49,114 nucleotides of DNA from a virus (lineage: Duplodnaviria > Heunggongvirae > Uroviricota > Caudoviricetes), in IMG/VR virus record IMGVR_UViG_2513237200_000008; one strand, 5' to 3'. The first letter of the stretch is position 1. Every line of letters begins with the position of its first letter. Position numbers and translations under genes: made by a program. Below, one piece after another: positions 38,302-49,114 of this stretch. Below the pieces are notes generated by a model. It was not told the DNA's origin, searched no databases, and worked only from the letters and a program-made list of their open reading frames with translations.

Positions 38302-39114
38302 TCACTTTTCCGATACAACACGGCGGGAAGAATCAGTAATCTGTCGAACAATATCCCGGTGCTTGTTCAGCTCCCGCAGCGCGGCGCAGACTCGCTCCCA
38401 CTTCTGGACATGATTTTTCGCCCGACGCAGTTCACGGTTTGCCATATGCAGCGATGGTAAAATCAGGTTATCCGCTTGCGTTTCAGTAAACGATGGCAAC
38501 GACTGCACAATGTCCGCCACAGTTTCTGTTTTAATATCTTCCTGTGTTGCAGCTTCCTGTACTGGTAACGCAACACCGGCTAGCTGAGGAAAGGCTTTAC
38601 CATCTGTTTCCGCTACCGATGCAGCTTTCGGCTCTGCTGGTAAATTACCGCCCGGCATGCAGTAACGAAATTTACCGTTCTGATTAACGCGAATCAGACG
38701 AGCTTTGCTGATTGCCATTGCCAGCGTTGAAGCCACTTTGCGGGATGTGGTACCGAACAACGTAGCCAGTTCATCCGCAGTTAGTGGACCACGTTGTTCA
38801 ATCGTCGCAGTTAAATCGCTCTCTGAAATTTTCGCGACTGTTGCCGTGGTAGTTTCTTCCGGCAGTTCTGCCGGCGCTGGCTGTTCCTGCTGAACGTTGT
38901 TATCAGCCACACGCCAGGTGTACGCGCTTTTATCAACGAAACCAGCCTTTTTCAGTTCCCATAGTTCGTTCAGCACTTCTTCACGGCTGATATCAAGTCG
39001 CGCAGCAAGTTCTATGGATGTGGCTTTTCCCATTGCTTTCAGTGCGTCAAAAACAGTCTCCATTAAATTTTTCTCCCGGTAAAAATTACTTCGCAATTCC
39101 TGGCTGGACGACAT
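38302..39114 (-). CDS. Hypothetical phage protein with N-terminal winged-helix-like segment
   Basis: 270-aa ORF; N-terminal [43 protein letters not shown]. Confidence 0.45.
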   Translation of the reverse strand: MSSSQELRSNFYREKNLMETVFDALKAMGKATSIELAARLDISREEVLNELWELKKAGFVDKSAYTWRVADNNVQQEQPAPAELPEETTTATVAKISESDLTATIEQRGPLTADELATLFGTTSRKVASTLAMAISKARLIRVNQNGKFRYCMPGGNLPAEPKAASVAETDGKAFPQLAGVALPVQEAATQEDIKTETVADIVQSLPSFTETQADNLILPSLHMANRELRRAKNHVQKWERVCAALRELNKHRDIVRQITDSSRRVVSEK

Positions 39115-39832
39115 TCGGACGCCAGCTCTCCCAGTTAAAATTCACCCATCGCCCGCCGTTCATGGTCATGCGATCCATAATCCTCTCGCCGAGCAATGTT
39201 TTCATGGCCTCATAATTCAGGTTTGTCAGCATCCCCACGCTGCGCATCGACGCTGTCCGGCGATCAACAATCTGGTGCAGCACCACCTGCTCGTTTTTTG
39301 TCTCGCGCTGAATGCCAATTTCATCAAGAACCAGCAGATCCACTTGGCACAGTTCCCGCAAAAATTTTTCGCCTGATTGCCCGTCGTCATAGCTGGCGTG
39401 TAGGGCACTCATGACATCAGCCACGGTAACCACAATCACTGTCTGGCCATCTTTCAGCAGGCGATTCCCAATAGCCGCCGCCAGATGGTTTTTTCCGGTA
39501 CCAGGTTTTCCGCTGAACGCAAAATTTGTACACCTGGTCATCAGTTCATCAGCGATGGATTTCGCCTGACTCAACGCGTATCGCTGCCCTTCGTTCTGCA
39601 CCTGGTAATTCGAAAACGAGCATTTGCGGTGCAATGGCTGGATGCCAGAGCGATTCAGAATTTTTTCCACCCGCAACTGACGATTCTGACGGTTGATCTC
39701 CTCACAACGTTTCTGGCCTTCGGAAAGTTGCCACTCGCGCCACTCCGCTACCGTCTTGAATGGCGCGGTTACATGTGACGGGGCCAGTCTGCGGATACGT
39801 TCAAGAACATCGCCTGTCGCAATATTTTTCAT
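39086..39832 (-). CDS. ydaV: DnaC-like helicase loader / IstB-like ATPase (Rac YdaV-like)
   Basis: Walker [16 protein letters not shown] and Walker B LLVLDEIG. Confidence 0.75.
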   Translation of the reverse strand: MKNIATGDVLERIRRLAPSHVTAPFKTVAEWREWQLSEGQKRCEEINRQNRQLRVEKILNRSGIQPLHRKCSFSNYQVQNEGQRYALSQAKSIADELMTRCTNFAFSGKPGTGKNHLAAAIGNRLLKDGQTVIVVTVADVMSALHASYDDGQSGEKFLRELCQVDLLVLDEIGIQRETKNEQVVLHQIVDRRTASMRSVGMLTNLNYEAMKTLLGERIMDRMTMNGGRWVNFNWESWRPNVVQPGIAK

Positions 39833-39838
39833 GGTCAG

Positions 39839-40696
39839 TTACCCCCTGAAGCCTGGCGGGATCGCACTATCCGGTAACGAGACGGTGTTAACCTGTCGGA
39901 GTAACGTCTCAGGTCGAACACCTTTCGGCGCGAACAAGCCCTGGTATTCATTGGCGATGCTGTGTCGAATCACCTGCTCAGGTGAAAAACCCTGCTGGCG
40001 GAATTTTTCCAGCTCCCGTATCGCCCCGTTAGCGCCCTGCTCCGTTCGAATCGGTTTTCGCAATGCCTGGCGAAATTCAACCCACTCACGCCAAAGCGAG
40101 ACAGAAATCCAGTTCGGCAAAGCAATATCCAGAGGGTCAAACTTTTTGACACCTCGATTCCCCCGGGGGGGATTTAGGGGGGGATCTGTTTTTAGATCTT
40201 TATCTGTATCTTTATTAGTTGCCTTTGTGTTGACATCATGTTCAAACACCACTTCAACATCTGTTTGAACACCTGTTAAATTTCTCTCTTGTTTTGTTTG
40301 AACATCTGCTTCCTTTCTGCTTCTTCTGGCCTGAACAGATGCTTTTCCTGCGGCTGATTTTTTGGTTAATTTTTCCCTGACTGATGCCAGATCTTCCTCA
40401 ATCCGAAGATGCACCCATTCCTCGCCGTTATCGCAAAAAAACTCCTGCAAGGATGGTTCAACATCAGCCCATCGCTCGTTAGTCAGACGGGCAATTTTTG
40501 CCAGCCTGTTTTTAGGTATTGGCTTTCCTGTTTGCCAGTAATTGAACATCAGCAACAAATACGCACCATGCTCCTCTGCTGACAAATGCATGGTGTCAGC
40601 CAGGTAATCAGCTATGTACAGTTGCATGTATGGTAATGCGGCCATAATTGCCCCGTATGATGCTGCCCGGTGGCTTAGAATAAGCACAAACAGCAT
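39839..40696 (-). CDS. ydaU: Replication protein (Rac YdaU-like, DUF1376-like)
   Basis: 285 aa; position upstream of the DnaC-like gene. Confidence 0.6.
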   Translation of the reverse strand: MLFVLILSHRAASYGAIMAALPYMQLYIADYLADTMHLSAEEHGAYLLLMFNYWQTGKPIPKNRLAKIARLTNERWADVEPSLQEFFCDNGEEWVHLRIEEDLASVREKLTKKSAAGKASVQARRSRKEADVQTKQERNLTGVQTDVEVVFEHDVNTKATNKDTDKDLKTDPPLNPPRGNRGVKKFDPLDIALPNWISVSLWREWVEFRQALRKPIRTEQGANGAIRELEKFRQQGFSPEQVIRHSIANEYQGLFAPKGVRPETLLRQVNTVSLPDSAIPPGFRG

Positions 40697-40708
40697 GGAA
40701 ACTTTTGC

Positions 40709-41131
40709 TTAATGAACAATGACAGAATCGTCGGAAGAACCGCCGCCGCTGAAATGCGCTTTCCGGTAAACGGCTTGGACTGCATCATCATGCGCATCAA
40801 TTGCCGTACTTAACGCTTCCTGCGCCGCCAGTAATGCACGGCGTTCCAGGGTATCGAAGATGCAGAGTCGGTGACGCAGCTCGCGCGGAAGGATTGCCAG
40901 AATTGCTGGGATCAGCTTCTGAATTTTTTCTCTTTGCGTTTTCGTTTCACCTTTCAACCAACGGTGATAGATATTCTGCTGATTGTTCCAGTCCTTGCCT
41001 GGTACCAGGGGCAATTCGCCGCCCCCCTGGCGCAGATATTCTTCAGTAATTGCGTTAGCGACCCACGCCTGCCCTTTTTCGGCTGCCAGGGCTAACAACA
41101 CTGATTCGATGTGCTCATGCTTGATTTTCAT
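40709..41131 (-). CDS. ydaT: YdaT-like protein (CII-like regulator/toxic protein of Rac)
   Basis: 140 aa; position downstream of the Cro-like gene. Confidence 0.55.
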   Translation of the reverse strand: MKIKHEHIESVLLALAAEKGQAWVANAITEEYLRQGGGELPLVPGKDWNNQQNIYHRWLKGETKTQREKIQKLIPAILAILPRELRHRLCIFDTLERRALLAAQEALSTAIDAHDDAVQAVYRKAHFSGGGSSDDSVIVH

Positions 41132-41382
41132 GAATCAACTCCCATCAGCTTTTTCGTAGTAGTTTTATTTCTGCCAATAGTTAAAATTGCATCGGCAGAA
41201 AATAATCCGTTTGATGCATGAGCGATTTTTTCAGCGTAATTTGTTTCGCCGGTATATTCTGTGCGAGGCAATTTTCCGTTATCCATCCATTTGTAGATTG
41301 CTCTTTGGCTGACACCACAAACGTCGGCCACAACAGAAACGCGAACAGTTTTGATTACATCTTCAAGTGTTTTCTGGTTCAT
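41128..41382 (-). CDS. ydaS: Cro-like HTH regulator (Rac YdaS-like); start at internal Met MNQKTLEDV
   Basis: HTH-like VADVCGVSQRAIYKWMDNGKLP; divergent from the repressor gene. Confidence 0.6.
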   Translation of the reverse strand: MNQKTLEDVIKTVRVSVVADVCGVSQRAIYKWMDNGKLPRTEYTGETNYAEKIAHASNGLFSADAILTIGRNKTTTKKLMGVDS

Positions 41383-41405
41383 ATCACCCTCACAATGTGA
41401 ACTTT

Positions 41406-41439
41406 GAGTACATGCTATAACAGAGCTGACAGTACATTC
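41406..41439. promoter_or_regulatory. Operator-like direct repeats GAGTACATGC / CAGTACATTC in the repressor/cro intergenic region (OR-like)
   Basis: GTACAT at 41408-41413 and 41432-41437, read directly. Confidence 0.45.
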
Positions 41440-41461
41440 AAGAGCGAATATCATTGAACTT

Positions 41462-41881
41462 ATGGTTCATGAAGATAAAGCGCGTAAAGAGTTCGCCAGT
41501 AGGCTTGCGCTAGCCTGTGAAAACGCTGGTTATGAACAACATGGAAGGCAGGCAGAAATTGCCCGTCGAATGAAATTAACACCAAAAGCGGTTAGCAAAT
41601 GGTTTAATGGTGAAACAATTCCTCGCCGAGAGAAATTAAGGGAATTAGCAACACTCATTGGAACAACACCAACCTATCTTTTGGGAGAGGATACAGAAGA
41701 AAGTGGACAGATACGTTTCTATCAGGAGTTAAATCCAAGACAAAAAATCATCATTGACCTTCTGGACGAGCTCCCTGACAGTGAGACAGATGAACTTTTA
41801 AAAACTCTTGAGGAGAAAAAACAGAAGTACAATGCAATTTACGAAGAGTTAGCACGAAAGAAAAAACAAAAAGCCTCTTAA
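41462..41881 (+). CDS. racR: XRE-family HTH repressor (RacR-like prophage repressor)
   Basis: N-terminal HTH (QAEIARRMKLTPKAVSKWFNGETIP); divergent from the cro-like gene. Confidence 0.6.
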   Translation: MVHEDKARKEFASRLALACENAGYEQHGRQAEIARRMKLTPKAVSKWFNGETIPRREKLRELATLIGTTPTYLLGEDTEESGQIRFYQELNPRQKIIIDLLDELPDSETDELLKTLEEKKQKYNAIYEELARKKKQKAS

Positions 41882-41956
41882 ACCAGCATAAATCCGGTAG
41901 CGTCCCCCTCCGGGTTTGTGCTTCACTTTATCCCGTCTCATTTTTTTATACATAAA

Positions 41957-41997
41957 ATGTACTTAAAGTACTTTACAATGATGAACACAAAGTACAT
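41957..41997. promoter_or_regulatory. Operator-like GTAC-centred repeats downstream of the repressor gene (OL-like): ATGTAC, 13-bp palindrome GTACTTAAAGTAC, GTACAT
   Basis: Read directly; same GTACAT core as the repressor/cro intergenic repeats. Confidence 0.45.
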
Positions 41998-42311
41998 TAT
42001 ATACCTACCAACCCACCCCGCCCCACAGAACGCCGGGCAATACTTCGAGTTACCAGGCAGTGGTCAGGGGTTAAGTAGCCAGCCCGAGGCGTATGAACAT
42101 GACGGCGGGATTCAAATTTTGCAGTGCAGCAGTTAGTTCCGCCACCCGGCGTTAAGGGGAAAAAAGATGGTGCATTACGAAGTAGTTCAGTATTTGATGG
42201 ATTGTTGCGGTATCACTTACAGCCAGGCTGTGCAAGCTTTACGTAGCAACGACTGGGATCTCTGGCAAGCAGAAGCCTCTATCCGCAACAACAAGATGTG
42301 AGGTGCGAAAA

Positions 42312-42464
42312 ATGCAAAAAATCGACCTCGGCAATAACGAATCCATGGTGTGCGACGTGTTCCCCAACCAAGATGGAACGTTCACTGCTATGACGTATAC
42401 CAAAAGCAAAACATTTAAAACAGAAACAGGCGCACGTCGCTGGCTTGCCAGAAATACTTGCTAA
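42312..42464 (+). CDS. Small early-left operon protein (50 aa; YdaF/YdaG-like)
   Basis: Found by manual translation; upstream of kilR on the same strand. Confidence 0.3.
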   Translation: MQKIDLGNNESMVCDVFPNQDGTFTAMTYTKSKTFKTETGARRWLARNTC

Positions 42465-42884
42465 TCCATTATTTGGATTAATTCAATATTCTCGCTGTAG
42501 GGGTATAGCAGAAACCACCAAAGCCCGGAGGTGGTGAAATAAAACCGGGCACAACACGAAGGCGCATTTCCGATATCCATAAAGAGTCGGTCTTGTCTGT
42601 TAAATTTAAATGGTAGGAGTGCGCCTCCGGTTGTGAATAACAACACTGCTGTGTGTAGTCTTGGCGGCATCATTTTTTTCTTGAAGTTCGACTGATGTCC
42701 GCCCTTTTTAAAGTGAATTTTGTGATGCGGTGAATGCGGCTAAGCGCACGCGGCACAGTTAAAAGTCATGTTAGTCCTTATTGGTTTGGGTGGGAAAGCC
42801 GACTGTAATTGTTAACTGGTTGCAGTCACCTGGAGGCACCAGGCACCGCATCAACAAAGTTCATTTGTAAAAATGGAGATAATT

Positions 42885-43106
42885 ATGATTGCACATCACT
42901 TCGGAACTGATGAAATACCACGTCAGTGTGTGACTCCTGGTGACTATGTTCTTCATGAAGGCCGGACATATATTGCCTCGGCAAACAATATTAAAAAGCG
43001 AAAACTTTATATTCGTAACCTGACCACAAAAACATGCATTACTGACTGCATGATTAAAGTCTTCCTCGGTCGTGATGGTTTACCTGTAAAGGCGGAGTCA
43101 TGGTGA
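42885..43106 (+). CDS. kilR: KilR, Rac prophage cell-division inhibitor
   Basis: 73 aa [40 protein letters not shown]... matches Rac KilR from memory. Confidence 0.75.
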   Translation: MIAHHFGTDEIPRQCVTPGDYVLHEGRTYIASANNIKKRKLYIRNLTTKTCITDCMIKVFLGRDGLPVKAESW

Positions 43107-43276
43107 TGACTAAGAAAATAAAATGTGCTTACCACCTTTGCAATAAAGAAATTGAAGAAAGCAAAAGTATTAAAAGACCTCTTCATTTCATGCGTGGAGT
43201 TATCCCAACGACGGAAATGAAAAAATATTGTAGTGAAAGTTGTGCCGAAAAAGACCAGATGGCACACGAACTTTAA
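43106..43276 (+). CDS. ydaE: YdaE-like small Cys-rich protein (56 aa)
   Basis: Found by manual translation ([20 protein letters not shown]...); 1-nt overlap with the kilR stop. Confidence 0.5.
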   Translation: MTKKIKCAYHLCNKEIEESKSIKRPLHFMRGVIPTTEMKKYCSESCAEKDQMAHEL

Positions 43277-43350
43277 TTAACTGACTATTCGAAACTGAAT
43301 TTATGCCAGCAATGGCAGGGATTCGCTCAACCTTAATTAAGGAGAAAAAC

Positions 43351-43626
43351 ATGAACACCAATTATGAAGCCACTGTTGCAACTACTGATAACATTGTTCA
43401 CGAGGTTTACCTGGAAGGAAAGCGCATTGGCTACGTAATTAAAACAGAAAATAAAGAAACCCCATTCACTGTGGTTGATATCGATGGTCCATCAGGCAAC
43501 GTAAAAACACTTGATGAAGGTGTCAAAAAAATGTGCCTGGTGCATATCGGAAAGAATCTGCCCGCAGAAAAAAAAGCCGAATTTCTGGCAACTCTAATTG
43601 CAATGAAATTAAAAGGTGAAATCTGA
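43351..43626 (+). CDS. racC: RacC
   Basis: 91 aa MNTNYEATVATTDNIVHEVYLEGKRIGYVIKTENKETPFTVVDIDG... matches Rac RacC from memory. Confidence 0.7.
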   Translation: MNTNYEATVATTDNIVHEVYLEGKRIGYVIKTENKETPFTVVDIDGPSGNVKTLDEGVKKMCLVHIGKNLPAEKKAEFLATLIAMKLKGEI

Positions 43627-43727
43627 AAGAAATAGCCTGCGTATGGCGCAGGCTATGAACAGTGTGTATCCGGCAAGATCATTCACTGAACAAAACGAAT
43701 TTTAATCTGAGTTGAGGTTAAAAAACA

Positions 43728-46328
43728 ATGAGCACAAAACCACTCTTCCTGTTACGGAAAGCGAAAAAATCATCCGGTGAACCTGACGTCGTCCTGTGGG
43801 CAAGCAACGATTTTGAATCGACCTGTGCCACTCTGGACTACCTGATCGTTAAGTCAGGTAAAAAACTGAGCAGCTATTTTAAAGCTGTTGCCACGAATTT
43901 TCCTGTCGTTAATGACCTGCCCGCTGAAGGTGAGATCGATTTTACCTGGAGTGAACGCTATCAACTCAGCAAAGACTCCATGACATGGGAACTAAAACCG
44001 GGAGCAGCACCAGACAACGCTCACTATCAAGGCAATACCAACGTCAACGGCGAAGACATGACTGAGATTGAGGAGAATATGCTACTCCCAATTTCTGGCC
44101 AGGAACTGCCCATTCGTTGGCTTGCTCAACACGGCAGCGAAAAACCGGTAACGCACGTTTCACGCGACGGACTCCAGGCATTACACATTGCTCGGGCTGA
44201 AGAACTACCGGCTGTTACTGCCCTGGCTGTTTCCCACAAAACCAGCCTGCTCGACCCGCTGGAAATTCGCGAACTCCACAAACTGGTTCGTGACACTGAC
44301 AAAGTTTTCCCTAATCCTGGTAATTCAAACCTGGGACTGATAACTGCTTTTTTCGAAGCATACCTGAACGCTGACTACACCGATCGAGGACTGCTGACAA
44401 AAGAGTGGATGAAGGGTAATCGTGTTTCACACATCACTCGCACGGCTTCCGGTGCTAATGCTGGCGGCGGAAACCTCACCGATCGCGGCGAAGGTTTCGT
44501 ACACGATCTGACGTCACTGGCGCGCGACGTAGCCACTGGCGTACTGGCCCGTTCAATGGATCTGGACATCTATAACCTTCATCCGGCACACACTAAACGC
44601 ATTGAGGAAATTATCGCTGAAAATAAACCGCCCTTTTCTGTTTTCCGCGACAAATTCATCACCATGCCTGGCGGGCTGGATTATTCCCGCGCCATCGTGG
44701 TTGCGTCCGTAAAAGAAGCACCAATTGGGATCGAGGTCATCCCCGCGCACGTCACTGAATATCTGAACAAAGTACTGACTGAAACCGATCATGCCAACCC
44801 TGATCCGGAAATCGTGGATATTGCCTGCGGTCGCTCCTCTGCCCCGATGCCGCAGCGAGTAACAGAAGAAGGAAAACAGGATGATGAAGAAAAACCGCAA
44901 CCATCTGGAACAACGGCAGTTGAACAGGGAGAGGCTGAAACAATGGAACCGGACGCAACTGAACATCATCAGGACACGCAGCCGCTGGATGCTCAGTCAC
45001 AGGTAAATTCTGTTGATGCGAAATATCAGGAACTGCGGGCAGAACTCCATGAAGCCCGGAAAAACATTCCATCAAAAAATCCTGTCGATGCCGATAAATT
45101 GCTTGCTGCATCACGTGGTGAATTTGTTGACGGAATTAGCGACCCGAACGATCCGAAATGGGTAAAGGGGATCCAGACTCGCGATTGTGTGTACCAGAAC
45201 CAGCCAGAAACGGAAAAAACCAGCCCAGATATGAATCAACCTGAGCCAGTAGTGCAACAGGAACCGGAAATAGCCTGCAATGCCTGCGGCCAGACTGGCG
45301 GGGATAACTGCCCTGACTGTGGTGCGGTGATGGGCGACGCAACATACCAGGAAACATTCGATGAAGAGAGTCAGGTTGAAGCTAAGGAAAATGATCCGGA
45401 GGAAATGGAAGGCGCTGAACATCCGCACAATGAGAATGCTGGCAGCGATCCGCATCGCGATTGCAGTGATGAAACTGGCGAAGTCGCAGATCCCGTAATC
45501 GTAGAAGACATAGAGCCAGGTATTTATTACGGAATTTCGAATGAGAATTACCACGCGGGTCCCGGTATCAGTAAGTCTCAGCTCGATGACATTGCTGATA
45601 CTCCGGCACTATATTTGTGGCGTAAAAATGCCCCCGTGGACACCACAAAGACAAAAACGCTCGATTTAGGAACTGCTTTCCACTGCCGGGTACTTGAACC
45701 GGAAGAATTCAGTAACCGCTTTATCGTAGCACCTGAATTTAACCGCCGTACAAACGCCGGAAAAGAAGAAGAGAAAGCGTTTCTGATGGAATGCGCAAGC
45801 ACAGGAAAAACGGTTATCACTGCGGAAGAAGGCCGGAAAATTGAACTCATGTATCAAAGCGTTATGGCTTTGCCGCTGGGGCAATGGCTTGTTGAAAGCG
45901 CCGGACACGCTGAATCATCAATTTACTGGGAAGATCCTGAAACAGGAATTTTGTGTCGGTGCCGTCCGGACAAAATTATCCCTGAATTTCACTGGATCAT
46001 GGACGTGAAAACTACGGCGGATATTCAACGATTCAAAACCGCTTATTACGACTACCGCTATCACGTTCAGGATGCATTCTACAGTGACGGTTATGAAGCA
46101 CAGTTTGGAGTGCAGCCAACTTTCGTTTTTCTGGTTGCCAGCACAACTATTGAATGCGGACGTTATCCGGTTGAAATTTTCATGATGGGCGAAGAAGCAA
46201 AACTGGCAGGTCAACAGGAATATCACCGCAATCTGCGAACCCTGTCTGACTGCCTGAATACCGATGAATGGCCAGCTATTAAGACATTATCACTGCCCCG
46301 CTGGGCTAAGGAATATGCAAATGACTAA
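43728..46328 (+). CDS. recE: Exodeoxyribonuclease VIII (RecE), full length 866 aa
   Basis: Full-length match from memory to E. coli Rac RecE; overlaps the recT start. Confidence 0.9.
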   Translation: MSTKPLFLLRKAKKSSGEPDVVLWASNDFESTCATLDYLIVKSGKKLSSYFKAVATNFPVVNDLPAEGEIDFTWSERYQLSKDSMTWELKPGAAPDNAHYQGNTNVNGEDMTEIEENMLLPISGQELPIRWLAQHGSEKPVTHVSRDGLQALHIARAEELPAVTALAVSHKTSLLDPLEIRELHKLVRDTDKVFPNPGNSNLGLITAFFEAYLNADYTDRGLLTKEWMKGNRVSHITRTASGANAGGGNLTDRGEGFVHDLTSLARDVATGVLARSMDLDIYNLHPAHTKRIEEIIAENKPPFSVFRDKFITMPGGLDYSRAIVVASVKEAPIGIEVIPAHVTEYLNKVLTETDHANPDPEIVDIACGRSSAPMPQRVTEEGKQDDEEKPQPSGTTAVEQGEAETMEPDATEHHQDTQPLDAQSQVNSVDAKYQELRAELHEARKNIPSKNPVDADKLLAASRGEFVDGISDPNDPKWVKGIQTRDCVYQNQPETEKTSPDMNQPEPVVQQEPEIACNACGQTGGDNCPDCGAVMGDATYQETFDEESQVEAKENDPEEMEGAEHPHNENAGSDPHRDCSDETGEVADPVIVEDIEPGIYYGISNENYHAGPGISKSQLDDIADTPALYLWRKNAPVDTTKTKTLDLGTAFHCRVLEPEEFSNRFIVAPEFNRRTNAGKEEEKAFLMECASTGKTVITAEEGRKIELMYQSVMALPLGQWLVESAGHAESSIYWEDPETGILCRCRPDKIIPEFHWIMDVKTTADIQRFKTAYYDYRYHVQDAFYSDGYEAQFGVQPTFVFLVASTTIECGRYPVEIFMMGEEAKLAGQQEYHRNLRTLSDCLNTDEWPAIKTLSLPRWAKEYAND

Positions 46329-47130
46329 GCAACCACCAATCGCAAAAGCCGATCTGCAAAAAACTCAGGGAAACCGTGCACCAGCAGCAGTTAAAAATAG
46401 CGACGTGATTAGTTTTATTAACCAGCCATCAATGAAAGAGCAACTGGCAGCAGCTCTTCCACGCCATATGACGGCTGAACGTATGATCCGTATCGCCACC
46501 ACAGAAATTCGTAAAGTTCCGGCGTTAGGAAACTGTGACACTATGAGTTTTGTCAGTGCGATCGTACAGTGTTCACAGCTCGGACTTGAGCCAGGTAGCG
46601 CCCTCGGTCATGCATATTTACTGCCTTTTGGTAATAAAAACGAAAAGAGCGGTAAAAAGAACGTTCAGCTAATCATTGGCTATCGCGGCATGATTGATCT
46701 GGCTCGCCGTTCTGGTCAAATCGCCAGCCTGTCAGCCCGTGTTGTCCGTGAAGGTGACGAGTTTAGCTTCGAATTTGGCCTTGATGAAAAGTTAATACAC
46801 CGCCCGGGAGAAAACGAAGATGCCCCGGTTACCCACGTCTATGCTGTCGCAAGACTGAAAGACGGAGGTACTCAGTTTGAAGTTATGACGCGCAAACAGA
46901 TTGAGCTGGTGCGCAGCCTGAGTAAAGCTGGTAATAACGGGCCGTGGGTAACTCACTGGGAAGAAATGGCAAAGAAAACGGCTATTCGTCGCCTGTTCAA
47001 ATATCTGCCCGTATCAATTGAGATCCAGCGTGCAGTATCAATGGATGAAAAGGAACCACTGACAATCGATCCTGCAGATTCCTCTGTATTAACCGGGGAA
47101 TACAGTGTAATCGATAATTCAGAGGAATAA
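46321..47130 (+). CDS. recT: RecT single-strand annealing recombinase
   Basis: 269 aa beginning [26 protein letters not shown]..., matches Rac RecT from memory. Confidence 0.9.
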   Translation: MTKQPPIAKADLQKTQGNRAPAAVKNSDVISFINQPSMKEQLAAALPRHMTAERMIRIATTEIRKVPALGNCDTMSFVSAIVQCSQLGLEPGSALGHAYLLPFGNKNEKSGKKNVQLIIGYRGMIDLARRSGQIASLSARVVREGDEFSFEFGLDEKLIHRPGENEDAPVTHVYAVARLKDGGTQFEVMTRKQIELVRSLSKAGNNGPWVTHWEEMAKKTAIRRLFKYLPVSIEIQRAVSMDEKEPLTIDPADSSVLTGEYSVIDNSEE

Positions 47131-47186
47131 TTCAGCCTGGCGGTGTAATGCACCGCCAACTTGAAATATTTTTTATGAGAAAAATT

Positions 47187-47381
47187 ATGAGATATGACAA
47201 TGTTAAACCATGTCCATTTTGTGGTTGTCCATCAGTAACGGTGAAAGCCATTTCAGGGTATTACCGAGCGAAGTGTAACGGATGCGAATCCCGAACCGGT
47301 TATGGTGGAAGTGAAAAAGAAGCACTCGAAAGATGGAATAAACGAACCACTGGAAATAATAATGGAGGTGTTCATGTATAA
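47187..47381 (+). CDS. ralR: RalR (Lar): restriction alleviation protein / type I toxin (non-specific DNase)
   Basis: 64 aa MRYDNVKPCPFCGCPSVTVKAISGYYRAKCNGCESRTGYGG... matches Rac RalR from memory. Confidence 0.75.
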   Translation: MRYDNVKPCPFCGCPSVTVKAISGYYRAKCNGCESRTGYGGSEKEALERWNKRTTGNNNGGVHV

Positions 47382-47583
47382 AATTACCGCCACTATTGAA
47401 AAGGAAGGTGGCACTCCTACTAACTGGACAAGATATTCAAAATCTAAACTAACGAAATCAGAATGCGAAAAAATGCTCTCAGGTAAAAAAGAAGCAGGCG
47501 TTTCCAGAGAGCAGAAAGTAAAATTGATAAATTTTAATTGCGAGAAACTTCAGTCCTCGAGAATTGCATTGTATTCAAATTAA
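47362..47583 (+). CDS. ydaC: YdaC-like small protein (start uncertain)
   Basis: Position between ralR and xis as in Rac. Confidence 0.5.
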   Translation: MEVFMYKITATIEKEGGTPTNWTRYSKSKLTKSECEKMLSGKKEAGVSREQKVKLINFNCEKLQSSRIALYSN

Positions 47584-47661
47584 AACTTCATAGCTGATTA
47601 TTAATAATCAACATCGGGCGTCAATTTCAGTCTAACATTGGCGCCTGCCAGAGGTGATGCG

Positions 47662-47877
47662 ATGGCACAAGTAATCTTTAATGAAGAGTGGATGGTTGAA
47701 TACGGCCTGATGCTTCGCACTGGTCTGGGGGCCAGACAAATTGAAGCATACCGCCAGAACTGTTGGGTGGAGGGCTTCCACTTCAAACGAGTATCTCCTT
47801 TAGGTAAGCCAGACAGCAAACGAGGGATTATCTGGTACAACTATCCAAAGATAAATCAGTTTATCAAAGACTCATGA
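47662..47877 (+). CDS. xisR: Excisionase (Rac XisR/YdaQ-like); start at internal Met MAQVIF
   Basis: Small basic ORF immediately upstream of the integrase on the same strand. Confidence 0.6.
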   Translation: MAQVIFNEEWMVEYGLMLRTGLGARQIEAYRQNCWVEGFHFKRVSPLGKPDSKRGIIWYNYPKINQFIKDS

Positions 47878-47878
47878 T

Positions 47879-49114
47879 ATGTCTAAATTACCAACAGGTG
47901 TCGAGATTAGAGGTAGATACATTCGCATCTGGTTCATGTTTCGAGGAAAACGATGTCGGGAAACATTAAAAGGCTGGGAGATTACAAACAGTAATATTAA
48001 AAAGGCCGGAAATTTAAGAGCGCTGATAGTTCATGAAATAAACTCCGGTGAATTTGAGTATTTAAGACGTTTTCCCCAGTCCAGCACTGGGGCAAAAATG
48101 GTGACAACGAGAGTCATAAAAACGTTCGGAGAGCTTTGTGATATCTGGACAAAAATTAAAGAGACAGAGTTAACAACAAACACAATGAAGAAAACGAAAT
48201 CACAATTAAAAACACTCAGAATAATAATTTGTGAAAGTACCCCGATATCACATATTCGTTATAGCGATATCTTAAACTACCGGAATGAACTGCTGCATGG
48301 AGAAACGCTTTACCTGGATAATCCAAGATCCAACAAAAAAGGAAGAACCGTGCGCACAGTTGATAACTATATCGCCCTGCTCTGTTCGCTGTTGCGTTTT
48401 GCGTATCAGTCGGGATTTATATCAACCAAACCATTTGAAGGAGTAAAAAAATTACAGCGAAACAGAATAAAGCCTGATCCGTTATCTAAAACAGAATTCA
48501 ATGCATTAATGGAAAGTGAAAAAGGACAGAGCCAGAACTTGTGGAAATTTGCCGTTTACTCAGGACTTCGTCACGGGGAACTGGCAGCTCTGGCGTGGGA
48601 GGATGTGGATCTCGAAAAGGGAATAGTGAATGTCAGAAGAAACCTGACGATACTTGATATGTTCGGTCCCCCAAAAACAAATGCCGGGATCCGAACAGTA
48701 ACACTACTGCAGCCTGCTCTTGAAGCACTGAAGGAGCAATACAAACTGACCGGGCATCATCGCAAAAGCGAAATCACCTTTTATCATCGGGAGTACGGCA
48801 GAACCGAAAAGCAAAAACTGCATTTTGTTTTCATGCCCAGGGTGTGTAACGGAAAACAAAAACCTTATTACTCGGTAAGCAGTTTGGGGGCAAGGTGGAA
48901 TGCAGCAGTAAAACGTGCTGGTATTCGCCGCCGTAATCCGTACCATACGCGGCATACTTTTGCCTGCTGGCTGTTGACGGCAGGAGCGAACCCGGCATTT
49001 ATAGCCAGCCAAATGGGGCATGAAACTGCGCAGATGGTGTATGAAATTTACGGTATGTGGATTGATGACATGAACGACGAACAGATAGCCATGTTGAATG
49101 CGCGGTTATCGTAG
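47879..49114 (+). CDS. intR: Tyrosine integrase (Rac IntR-like), 411 aa
   Basis: C-terminal catalytic region with conserved R ... HxxR ... Y pattern (NPYHTRHTFACWLL, GHETAQMVYEIY); stop codon is the last three bases of the window. Confidence 0.85.
   Translation: MSKLPTGVEIRGRYIRIWFMFRGKRCRETLKGWEITNSNIKKAGNLRALIVHEINSGEFEYLRRFPQSSTGAKMVTTRVIKTFGELCDIWTKIKETELTTNTMKKTKSQLKTLRIIICESTPISHIRYSDILNYRNELLHGETLYLDNPRSNKKGRTVRTVDNYIALLCSLLRFAYQSGFISTKPFEGVKKLQRNRIKPDPLSKTEFNALMESEKGQSQNLWKFAVYSGLRHGELAALAWEDVDLEKGIVNVRRNLTILDMFGPPKTNAGIRTVTLLQPALEALKEQYKLTGHHRKSEITFYHREYGRTEKQKLHFVFMPRVCNGKQKPYYSVSSLGARWNAAVKRAGIRRRNPYHTRHTFACWLLTAGANPAFIASQMGHETAQMVYEIYGMWIDDMNDEQIAMLNARLS

Noticed and set aside
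44375-45554. Several minus-strand ORFs (64-147 aa) inside recE
   Set aside because: Antisense to full-length RecE; no RBS or conservation signal; hydrophobic or low-complexity translations

Overview
The window reads as most of an intact Rac-like prophage of Escherichia coli, in inverted orientation relative to K-12 Rac. All identifications are by eye from the ORF translations and raw sequence; no searches were run. Right to left: integrase and excisionase (47.6-49.1 kb); an early-left operon on the + strand (kilR, ydaE, racC, recE, recT, ralR, ydaC; 42.9-47.6 kb); an immunity region with a RacR-like repressor and divergent Cro-like ydaS, flanked on both sides by GTACAT-type operator-like repeats; replication genes (ydaT, ydaU, DnaC-like ydaV); and a nin-region accessory segment. 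That segment carries the most interesting feature: an AT-rich, translationally coupled three-gene operon (DUF262-like protein, ABC-type ATPase, 325-aa unknown protein; 34477-37680), a candidate anti-phage defense system, next to a hok/mok/sok type I toxin-antitoxin locus. Leftward follow antiterminator Q, phage-borne tRNA-Thr(UGU) and tRNA-Gly(UCC), a lysis cassette, a ParB-like nuclease with a partner protein, terminase, head genes, a contractile-tail module and two tail-fibre/assembly pairs. The terminase large subunit is split at an A7 homopolymer. The baseplate region is interrupted by AT-rich morons (a secreted protein, an antirepressor remnant, tandem small membrane peptides). No rRNA, CRISPR array or IS element was seen.
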